Source of the DNA: Bugula neritina
Taxonomy: Eukaryota; Animalia; Bryozoa
Direction: 5' to 3'
NCBI GenBank assembly: GCA_964035545.1
Contig: OZ037772.1
Location: forward strand, 4,218,033 to 4,282,032
DNA: 64,000 nucleotides
In this document: one piece after another, positions 11,305 through 21,542 of the stretch
Numbering within the stretch: the stretch's first letter is position 1
Layout of the letters: the number at the start of each line of letters is the position of its first letter
Notes under the pieces: model-generated
Seen by the model: only the letters and a program-made list of their open reading frames with translations
The model's database searches: none
What the model was told of the DNA's origin: nothing
Position numbers and translations under genes: made by a program

Positions 11305-13443
11305 TTATACAGTATATTATGCTATACAGTATATTATGTTATACAGTATATTATGCTATACAGTATAGTATGTTATACAGTATACTATGTTATACAGTAT
11401 ACTATGCTATACAGTATATTATGCTATACAGTATAGTATGTTATACAGTATACTATGTTATACAGTATATTATGCTATACAGTATACTATGTTATACAGT
11501 ATTATGTTATACAGTATATTATGTTATACAGTATATTATGTTATACAGTATACTATGTTATACAGTATACTATGCTATACAGTATATTATGCTATACAGT
11601 ATACTATGTTATACAGTATATTATGTTATACATTATATTATGTTATACAGTATACTATGTTATACAGTATACTATGTTATACGGTATACTATGTTATACA
11701 GTATACTATGTTATACAGTATACTATGTTATACAGTATATTATGTTATACTGTATATTATGTTATACAGTATATTATGTTATACAGTATATTATGTTATA
11801 CAGCATACTATGTTATACAGTGTATTATGTTATACAGTATACTATGTAATACAGTATATTATGTTATACAGTATACTATGTTATACAGTATACTATGTTA
11901 TACAGTATACTATGTTATACAGTATATTATGTTATACAGTATATTATGTTATACAGTATATTATGTTATACAGTATACTATGTTATACAGTATATTATGT
12001 TATACAGTATATTATGTTATACAGTACCTATATTATGTTATACAGTATATTATGTTATACAGTATATTATGTCATACAGCATACTATGTTATACAATATA
12101 CTATGTTATACAGTATACTATGTTATACAGTATACTATGTTATACAGTATACTATGTTATACAGTATACTATGTTATACAGTATACTATGTTATACAGTA
12201 TACTATGTTATACAGTATACTATGTTATACGGTATACTATGTTATACGGTATACTATGTTATACAGTATACTATGTTATACGGTATACTATGTTATACAG
12301 TATACTATGTTATACAGTATACTATGTTATACAGTATATTATGTAATACAGTATACTATGTTATACAGTATACTATGTTATACAGTATATTATGTTATAC
12401 AGTATACTATGTTATACAGTATACTATGTTACACAGTATATTATGTTATACAGTATACTATGTCATACAGTATACTATGTTATACAGTATATTATGTCAA
12501 ACAGTATACTATGTTATACAGTATACTATGTTATACAGTATACTATGTTATACAGTATACTATGTTATACAGTATACTATGTTATACAGTATACTATGTT
12601 ATACAGTATATTATGTTATACAGTATACTATGTTATACAGTATATTATGTTATACAGTATACTATGTTATACAGTATATTATGTTAAGCAGTATATTATG
12701 TTATACAGTATATTATGTTATACAGTATACTATGTTATACAGTATATTATGTTATACAGTATACTATGTTATACAGTATATTATGTTATACAGTATATTA
12801 TGTTATACAGTATACTATGTTATACAGTATATTATGTTATACAGTATATTATGTTATACAGTATATACTATGTTATACAGTATACTATGTTATACAGTAT
12901 ACTATGTTATACAGTATATTATGCTATACAGTATACTATGTTATACAGTATATTATGTTAAGCAGTATACTATGTTATACAGTATATTATGTTATACAGT
13001 ATACTACGTTATACAGTATACTATGTTATACAGTATACTATGTTATACAGTATACTATGTTATACAGTATATTATGTTATACAGTATACTATGTTATACA
13101 GTATATTATGTTATACAGTATATTATGTTATACAGTATATACTATGTTATACAGTATACTATGTTATACAGTATACTATGTTATACAGTATATTATGCTA
13201 TACAGTATACTATGTTATACAGTATATTATGTTAAGCAGTATACTATGTTATACAGTATATTATGTTATACAGTATACTACGTTATACAGTATACTATGT
13301 TATACAGTATACTATGTTATACAGTATACTATGTTATACAGTATATTATGTTATACAGTATATACTATGTTATACAGTATACTATGTTATACAGTATATT
13401 ATGTTATACAGTATACTATGTTATACAGTATATTATGTTATAT
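11305..13443. repeat. 17-bp minisatellite (TATAYTATGTTATACAG)n, ~125 units
   Basis: Direct reading. It explains the repetitive YSILCYTV ORFs. Confidence 0.97.
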
Positions 13444-13492
13444 TAATCAACATACAAATGAGATGCTCTTGTCAGTCAATAATGATGAATAT

Positions 13493-13765
13493 TGTAGTAA
13501 TTTAAGCAATTACTATGCGTGGGTTCCTAGCTTGTGATTATAGTCTATTTATCCACATCAATAAAGTATTTAAGTAAGAGCTTCCAAAGTTTATTCGCTA
13601 CTAATTATATAAAAGATACAGCACGTATACAGATTAGAGATTACATCTTCGCTTAGTTAATACGCTCTCTCTACTGACAAACTACTACTAGCTGAGGGTT
13701 ATCACGTGACGCCCTCGGATAGGCTGAAGGAATACGGGGGACGCGCGTATTACGTCCTCACTACA
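13493..13765 (-). repeat. 3' LTR (273 bp)
   Basis: TGTAGTAA...CACTACA; ~6 substitutions relative to the 5' LTR. Confidence 0.95.
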
Positions 13766-13776
13766 CCGCCCCCCCC
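13766..13776 (-). promoter_or_regulatory. Polypurine tract
   Basis: GGGGGGGGCGG on the minus strand abutting the 3' LTR. Confidence 0.85.
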
Positions 13777-14117
13777 AGCAGAAAGCCCTACTTTCTGATA
13801 ACACAGATACAATAAATTCGAACATAAAATGTTATAAAACTAAAAACTGAGCGAGCGTGTGGCACATAAAAGAAAAACATGGCTATGTACAGTAATAAGA
13901 AAACATATACATATAAAAAAATATAACAGTAAATACACAATGGCACCGGCGGGAGGCACTTATAAGGGGACAGTTTATAGAGGTAGAGCTGTATACTGGT
14001 AGGTTACTATATATTGTTACACTGAGTAATTGTTTGTGATCACCGGCATGAGAAGGGTCCGGAATGGGGCACCACCTGCAGTACCATCACAGATAGAGAG
14101 TTTGGGGGATATCATCT

Positions 14118-15205
14118 TCAAGCACTTCCTTTCATTCGGGCTACAGAGGTAGAGAGGGCCCGGAGTTCTGATGCGGCGGCGGAGATTCTCGGTGTCAGTC
14201 TTTGCACCTCTTTCTCTAATTCTCGTATCCGCTCTTCTGCCTCGCCCAGATTCCGGGCAGGGGCAGAGTGTCGGTTGGGGGATGAAGATGGCCAACGCCG
14301 TTTACGAGAAGGCCTTGGGGAGACAGGGGGGGAGGGACGCCATCGCTGTGGTATATCGATGCGTCGTAACACGACTCTTGGTATAGAGTCGGGGCGGGGC
14401 ACTGTGCGTGCGGGGGTGAGGGACGGGGTACGTGTGGTTTCCTATATCCGGGTGGTTTAGGGCAGGGTCCCTGTGTGATGGTCCTGGGTGCGGGGAACTC
14501 CTGACGCAGCCGTTCATAGCGAGCTGGGTCTGGTATGAATGGTCGGATGAGATTAAGGAATTGTGGAAAGGAGGGTTCGTCGACTTCGAAAAGGTGTCCA
14601 ACATGGCATCCCATAGTTCGCTGGTGACGGAGGATGTAGTCCCTGTGGTAACTATATTCACCACAGGGACAAAAGGTGGTGAAATAATGTTGGGGAATAT
14701 GGACTCGAAGTCTTCGTGGAGTAGTGAAGTGAACCTGGCATAAACGGCAGGTGGGGCATTGGTCGTCTCCCTTGTGCTCTCGTATCAGTGTTTCTGTATC
14801 TGGTGTAACCCAGCATGACTGCTGTAAGAGTGCCTCCGGAAGAGTAGTGGGAACGGGTTCCTCGTTCCAAGCCATTTCTAGTGACGGCATGTCACCAGAG
14901 AGAGGAGATAGAGCGGTATCTAAAAAAGCAGAATTACTGTTAGATCGAATGTGATCTTTACACCATAATTCTGATGACAACCGACTGTTACTAGTCTGGG
15001 AGTCATACATCTTTTCAGATAGCACTCGAGGGACTGAGTCGTGTCGTGTAGACTGACAGAGAGACATAGTGTCAAGCTCCAGATCTAGTAGATCGTCGAC
15101 CATCTTTATGCTCTCGTCGCCTTTCACGTAGGACTCAGTCCCCAGTAGTTGTGATTCAATCAAGGCGATTAAATCAGAACTGACTGATGGTAGACTGGTT
15201 TCCAT
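14118..15205 (-). CDS. Gypsy accessory ORF3: C2H2 zinc fingers + Pro-rich linker + PxVxL/NLS-like/coiled-coil C-terminus (one inferred frameshift near 14410)
   Basis: ORF 14216-15205 contains CRLCQVHFTTPRRLRVHIPQH (C-x2-C-x12-H-x3-H) and CPCGEYSYHRDYILRHQRTMGCH. The overlapping ORF 14118-14402 supplies PRVVLRRI, RPSRKRR and LGEAEERIRELEKEVQRL. Confidence 0.7.
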
Positions 15206-15270
15206 GAGTGGAAATGTTAGCTCAGAGCAAGCTTACCTGAGAACCCGGTATTTGTAATCATACTCGGCGT

Positions 15271-18200
15271 TCAAGCTTGGATGTCCGTGGATTGAGTTTG
15301 AATGCGTCTTCCCTTGACAACGTCAGCGTACGAAAAGACTGGGCAGCGTGGTTGTTGCGCACGGCTGGAATTATTTGCCCCGGGCGTAGTAGTTTTGTTT
15401 ACTACTCCGCCTTCGCAAAAGTTGAGATTTCCGTGGTGTTCACAACTCCCACGCTTTGTTGCCAGTCCTTCCGTACGGCGCCCAGCTAGACTTTCATAAC
15501 TGCCGTTTGTAACACGGTCACATATGAAGTCTTTAAGGTATGCTGGGGGTTGTCTAGTACGCTGTCCCCGTTCCAGGGGAGGTGACGTATCAGCTGGAGA
15601 GGGAGTTGTAGCTGTTGGTTGGGGCGGCGTACTCACTGGTGGGCTATTTTGCTCCACCTGTGGTGTTTCTGGCCCGCCGTTGGTGGTGGTGTTCCCCTCT
15701 CCGCTGTTGTCTCCAGATGGAGCCCCTCCCACGGGGGGGTTTTGCACTTCCGGACGCGGATGCGGAACCGGAAGTGGTGGGGGTAGACTTGGTACTGTGG
15801 GCGGTGGGCGCACTTCCGTTGGTGGGAGTGGCGTCTCCTGCCTCACCAAGTCCTCTCCCCGCGGCACAACCACTTCGTATTCTGGTCCATGCCGTTGCCG
15901 CCCGCGCGTTACTGTCTGCCTCCTGGGCTCCAACAACGGGGGGGGGGGGGCTGCTCCTGCTGCTCTTGGGCTAGCCCAATACGGTTTCAAGCGGGCTTCG
16001 TTCTGGACAGAGACCTGTCCAGATCGCTCCAACTTGTACGTATGATTGGGCATAGCCTCAACTACTACGTAGGGTCCCACAAACTTAGGCTGGAGCTTAG
16101 CCGCTTGTCCTCGACGCCTACGGTAGTTGACCATCCACACCCAGTCCCCAGTTTGATAGAGGGGTGGTTCCTGAGAGTCCTCTCGCCGTACCTGCCACTG
16201 CTTCGCCCGCAGTATTTCGTGTGCGGCCCTCAGGTCCTCTACCAATTTACTGGCATACTTGTGGATGGTATAGTCCTGCTCTGGGATGTGGTATGTGAGG
16301 TGGTCAGGCACTCGCGTCTCTCAACCGAGCATCAGGAGGTTATGGGTTTCCCCCGTACTGGTGTGTGGTGTACTACGGTAGGCCCGCATGACTTGCGGCA
16401 GTACCGTATCCCACTCCTCCTGACCCCGGCCGAGGAGCAGACTGCGCAGTGCATTGCCCAACATGCGGTTGTTGCGTTCCACCACCCCGTTGCCCTGAGG
16501 ATGGTACGGGGTGGTCCTGCTTTGGTTTACTCCCCAGAGGCGGCAGAGGTCGCTCAACAGTTGGGACTGGAATTGAGCCCCCTGGTCCGAATGTATTTGC
16601 TCAGGTAGTCCAAGATAGCAGAATACATTTTGGTCCAGCACCCTGGCCACCGTGGGGGCGGACGCATCTGGAATAGCCAGGGCGTCCGCCCACCGTGTAA
16701 AGTGGTCGGTTAATACTAGGATCCAACTGTTTCCTCTGGGGGTGACGGGCATGGGTCCGACTAGGTCGATAGCTACCACCTGCCACGGCCTCCCAGCATA
16801 TAGCCTACGCCGTCCCGCTTCGCCAGGGAGACGGCCATGCTTGCTGGCCTGGCAGATTTCGCATTGTTTGACTCTACGCCGCACCTCACGCTCCATGCCG
16901 GGCCAGTACCACCGGAGTTGTAACTTGGAGAGCACCCTGCTCACCCCGGCGTGGGCCTGTTTGTGGGTGTCCCATACTAACTCCCGGCGTATGGCGGCTG
17001 GGCAGATCACCCTCTTCCTGCCGTACTGGTTGTTGTGAGCAGCCACTGTGATGGTCAGCAGACCATCTGGCCCAATCCGCAGGGAGTCCCAACGTTGGCA
17101 GTACGACCGTAACTCGGTGCATCCCTGCCGCAGTTGTTCTTCACTGGGTCGTCGCCCCTCCTTTTTGGCACGATATACGTCGGCTACCACTCCAGGGAGG
17201 TCCTCCTGGAGTCTTCGTAGCTCCCTAACGTTATCAGCCAAGACAGGATTGGCACGGAGGCGTTGGATAGCCTCCGGGGGCGTAGCGGCCTTCTGTAGGA
17301 GTTGACCCTGGTCCCAGTCATACTCCGTTTCAGAGTGGTTCAGTGCTCTCAACTCGGATTTTGGAGGACCTCCGTCCCTCTTCTCGATGTTGAGGCACTG
17401 TTTACACCTCTCGTCCGGTCGCCGGCTCAGTCCATCAGCATTGCCGTGTTTCTTACCGGGTCGGTGCTCGATCCGGTAAGAGAACTCGGCCAGGACCTCG
17501 AGCCATCGGGCGACTTGGCTGGACGGTTCTGCTCTCTTACATAACCAAATCAAGGAGGCGTGGTCGGTCCGCAAGCGAAACTTCCTGCCGTATAGATAAG
17601 GTCTGAAATGCTTCACTGACTTGATTACTGCCAGTAATTCCTTTCGGGTAGTGCAGTAAATTTGTTCAGTGGGCGAGAGAGACTTACTGTAGTAGGCCAC
17701 GACTACTTCGCGGCCCTCCTGCACCTGGGACAGCACAGCGCCGACATTTTGGTCACTGGCGTCAGTATCGAGGATGTACTCCAGGGCAGGGTCTGGATAG
17801 GCCAGGATAGGGGCCTCCAGCAGGCGGCCCTTGAGGCAGTCGAACGCTCTCTGTTCGACGGGAGTCCACTGCCAGGTCACCCCCTTTGCGGTGAGCCGGT
17901 TTAATGGCTGCGCTACCCCCGCAAAGTCTGGTATGTATTGCCTGTAATACCCTACCAGCCCCAGGAAAGCCCGTAGCCCGGTCAAATCCTGGGGGGTTAC
18001 CCAATCTTCTATAGCTCGTACCTTTTCAGGATCCGTCGCCACACCGTGACGGCCGACGATGTGCCCCAGGTACTTCACCTCTGGCTGCAAGAGAGCGCAC
18101 TTGGAGGGTTTGAGCTTCAGATTGGCGCCTCGGAGTCGATCGAAGACCTCCCGCAGACGGCTGACGTGTGTCTGAAAGTCTGGGGAGATCACGATGACGT

Positions 18201-19542
18201 CGTCGGGGTATACTAGCAGTGTCTTCCAGTGGAGTCCACTGAGGACCTGTTCCATGAGCCGCTGGAACGTGGCGGGGGCAGAAGTCAGTCCGAAGGGGAG
18301 GACTTTCCACTTCCATAAGCCGTCCCGCGTGATGAACGCCGCCTTCTCTTGGGCGTCTGGGCTGAGGGGGACCTGCCAATAGCCGCTCAACAAGTCTAGC
18401 GTACTGAAGTACTTGCTGCCGGCTAAGGCGTCCAGAGATTCGTCGATCCTGGGTAAGGGGTAGGCGTCCTGTATGGTCACGCTATTGAGTTTGCGATAAT
18501 CCACACAGAACCGCCAACTGCCGTCTTTCTTTCGGGCCAGAACAACCGGTGAACTCCACGCACTATGTGCTGGCTCGATGAGGCCGCGGTCCAAAAGATC
18601 CCGGACTTGTTGGCTGACCTCCTTTTCCTTCTCGGGTCCCAGCCTCCTAGTGGGCTGCCGAATAGGGGTAGTCCCTGCAGCTAGCGGTATCTCATGACGG
18701 ACGGCCGTGGTCAGGCCGACGTCATGGTCCCCACTGCTGAACACGTCGCTATAATCACGTAGCAACTGAGCCATAGTCTGGCGTTCCACGTTGCCCGTGC
18801 AGCCGTTACACGCTGCCTGGTATAGCTCTTTGACGTGTGGTGGGACGGTCTCCCGCCTAACTGACGGGCTCTGTTGGGGACCTTCCGTCGCAGCTCCCAG
18901 CGACGGCCCTATATCCTCCTCCTGGATGGAGTGGAAGCGACCCAGCATGGATCCTGACGGTAATTGTACCGCTTCGGAGAAGGGGTTGACACACTGCACC
19001 AAGATCTCTCCTCGGTCAGTCAGCCGGTTAAGACTGCTGGCGAGTTGGATTCTAGTGTGCGCACCTTCGACAACCCCTAACCCCGAGAGTTGGCTATTGT
19101 TCACTCTGCAGTGAACGGTAGCCCGGGAGCGGCCGGGTATAGTACAGTTACGTACTACCTGCACACCTCCCGCTAGAGGACGACCGAACTTGTCGACACA
19201 GGTGAGCTCTTTGCCGCCCATTAGCATGGCTGACTTGCTAAAGTCAATATGGCACCCGTGTCTCTTCAAGAACGGCATCCCCAGTATGGCATCTTCCTCC
19301 AGTGGGCTGATGACGAAGGTTTCCTGAATGGCTTGGTCGCGGACGCGCCCAGCCAATTCTATGATACCGTAGAAAGGAATCCGTGACCCGTCAGCTAGGG
19401 TGCCCGGTTCCCCGGTATAGGGAGCTAAGGCTCCCCTCTCCTTGAGAGGGAGGGTGTCGAAGACCCGACGGCTGAGGAGATTAGTGGTACACCCGGAGTC
19501 TAACAGGAAGGTGACAGCTTTACCGGCCAACTTCCCTGGCAA
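15271..19542 (-). pseudogene. pol: Gypsy pol (protease, RT, RNase H, integrase) with a premature stop
   Basis: Protease LLDSG; RT WRFCVDYRKLN, LPFGL and YPDD; RNase H DTDAS/TDH/ADGLSR; integrase H-x4-H..C-x2-C, DDE core and KLQPKFVGPY. An in-frame TGA at 16321-16323 (LMLG*ETRVP, likely CGA>TGA) splits ORFs 16321-19542 and 15271-16311. Confidence 0.93.
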
Positions 19543-19617
19543 GAAGTAGCTGCCTCCGTGTGGTTGTACCCGTACTCCCCCAGCGTGCTCGGTCTCGGCC
19601 GAGCGGGGCTGTGCCCG

Positions 19618-20736
19618 TTAGTTCCGCGGTTTGCGGGGCCGGTGAGAGTTTCCTTGCGGGGAGGTGTTTTTATCCTCCCCGATGCCCTGAGGGGCCTCGC
19701 TGGTCTGTTCCATTACTGGTAACGGACCGAAGCGGTTGGTGAGAGGCAGAGAGAAGGGGTCTCGTGGTCGACCCGGTTGGCTGGTTTGGCGAGGTGTTTG
19801 CCATTGACGGGGGGTGTGCTGCTGGGCCCGTACGGGCTCCTGGCGACATCCACCCCGTTTTTCTCTTGGTGTGGGCCCGCGGAGCTCTGGGGGTCTCCGG
19901 GGAGGTTGTGGCTTCTGCTGCCGTTAGAATCGTGGGCCGCTTGGGTGGCGGTGCCCCTGGTTGCCGCTTTCCCAGCGTCGCATCATAGGTCTGGGGGGTT
20001 TTGCTGCCGTCCTCTTACTTTTCCTTGAGTGGTTGTATGTTATCGTCGCCGCCAATCGTCCCAGTCTAGTCATCAAGCGGCTTATCTCCATCTCTATGGG
20101 GGGTTTAATGGTCGCGGCAGCTATGCGGACCGGATGGTCTGGTTCCCTAGAGGTCTGGGGAGTGGCCTCTTCCGTCTTATAGAGTCGCTCGGCTCCAGCG
20201 TAGGCCTTGTTCTCCTGGATTGCAGCCTCGATTGTGGTCACTCCCTTGGCTTGTAACTGGTGGTGGAAGTCCAAAGAGTTGAGAGACTGTACAAAGGCTT
20301 CGAATGTGTAGTGCCGTCTGTGTGTTTCTGGCAGATCGCTATACGCGGTCCGTGCCAGTCTCTGCACCAGAGTGGCGTGGTCAGGAAGCGGTGTACATTT
20401 CTTGCGGAGTAATCCTCGCAGCCTGGACTTGGCGAAGGCAACGGGCATGCCAAAACGGGCCCGTAGTGTAGCAATGATCCCGTTTACGCTAGGCTTCCAC
20501 CCGTACGGCTTGGCTTCTTCCGTCAGTGCCATCCGCAGTTTCGTAAGAGTTACTCTTGGCGGCCATCTTGTAATGGCTGCAACTTCACGGAACTCTTGAA
20601 TGAACTGTTCAACATTCTCGAGGCCCGTGAACACGGGAACCTCTAATGTGTTCCTATATACCTCTTCTCCAGCTCCGAGAGGGCCTATAATAATGTTTCG
20701 CTCACCTCCTTCCATTGAAGTTACTCTCACGTCCAT
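19618..20736 (-). pseudogene. gag: Gypsy gag (degenerate zinc knuckle; in-frame TAA at 19924-19926 and 19618-19620)
   Basis: It lies directly after the PBS. Capsid-like PVFTGLENVEQFIQEF..W and LRARFG; knuckle remnant RRWESGNQGH; same frame as pol. Confidence 0.8.
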
Positions 20737-20777
20737 GATATTCTAATACTTCTCATTGTTCTTATACAGTAGCTAGA

Positions 20778-20796
20778 AATCCCACCGCTGCCACCA
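20778..20796 (-). promoter_or_regulatory. Primer-binding site complementary to the tRNA-Leu 3' end
   Basis: TGGTGGCAGCGGTGGGATT, 1 nt inside the 5' LTR. It matches the eukaryotic tRNA-Leu(AAG/UAG) 3' end ...AATCCCACCGCTGCCA-CCA as recalled. Confidence 0.85.
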
Positions 20797-20797
20797 C

Positions 20798-21070
20798 TGT
20801 AGTAATTTGTGCAATTACTATGCGTGGGTTCCTAGCTTGTAATTATAGTCTATTTATCCACATCAATAAAGTATTTAAGTAAGAGTTTCCAAAGTTTATT
20901 CGCTACTAATTATATAAAAGATACAGCACGTATACAGATTAGAGATTACATCTTCGCTTAGTTAATACGCTCTCTCTACTGACAAACTACTACTAGCTGA
21001 GGGTTATCACGTGACGCCCTCGGATAGGCTGAAGGAATACGGGGGATGCGCGTATTACGTCCTTACTACA
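20798..21070 (-). repeat. 5' LTR (273 bp)
   Basis: TGTAGTAA...TACTACA, followed by the ATAT TSD. Confidence 0.95.
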
Positions 21071-21208
21071 ATATTATACACTGGAACTGGGTTACTCTCT
21101 CACCTCCCCTCACCTCAGCTCAGCTGGACCAGATCTTCCCAAGTGATGAATTTGGGGGAGATTTTCTTTTCCATTTTCATTGAAATAATATAATTGAAAA
21201 AGTTAAAG

Positions 21209-21542
21209 CAGTGGCTCCAACCTTGGGGAAATTCTCCTTGCAGGGAATTTGGGCTTTTCAGGGGGTTTCGTTTCACACAGTTTGTTACCAGCTCTTTGAG
21301 CTCTTGCTTTGTTTTGAAGATTACATATACTGCATATATGTATAACTGCAACTCCTCCATAATCATAATCTTATATTATAATCAAATATACTAGAACAAG
21401 TATATAGACCTATACTGTATATTATTATTTTCATCATAATTATATAAATTTCATTTTTAGAAAGATTAAGGGAAATTAATACTATAAGTAAACAGTTATG
21501 GAAGGGGAGATGATATGGTATATGAAAAGGTTTGGAACCACC
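21209..21542 (-). mobile_element. hAT-like MITE (CAGTGG termini)
   Basis: CAGTGGCTCCAACC...GGTTTGGAACCAC; reverse-complement homologue of 27770-28089. Confidence 0.7.

Larger units (their letters stand above)
13493..21070 (-). mobile_element. Full-length Ty3/Gypsy LTR retrotransposon (defective) with an extra 3' ORF
   Basis: TG...CA LTRs at 13493-13765 and 20798-21070; ATAT TSD (13489-13492, 21071-21074); PBS; PPT; gag followed by PR-RT-RNaseH-INT order. Confidence 0.97.

Noticed and set aside
11164-13537. Long Tyr/Ile-rich ORFs up to 446 aa
   Set aside because: They are translations of a stop-poor 17-bp satellite, open in all three frames.
14216-15205. ORF3 as an env gene (errantivirus-like)
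   Set aside because: No signal peptide, transmembrane segment or fusion-protein features were seen; it has zinc fingers and a basic NLS-like patch instead.
15524-20599. Many plus-strand ORFs of 60-240 aa inside the retrotransposon
   Set aside because: Antisense shadows of the GC-rich gag-pol coding strand with no recognisable motifs.
20778-20796. tRNA gene
   Set aside because: Only the 19-nt 3'-end match including CCA is present; it is the retrotransposon PBS.
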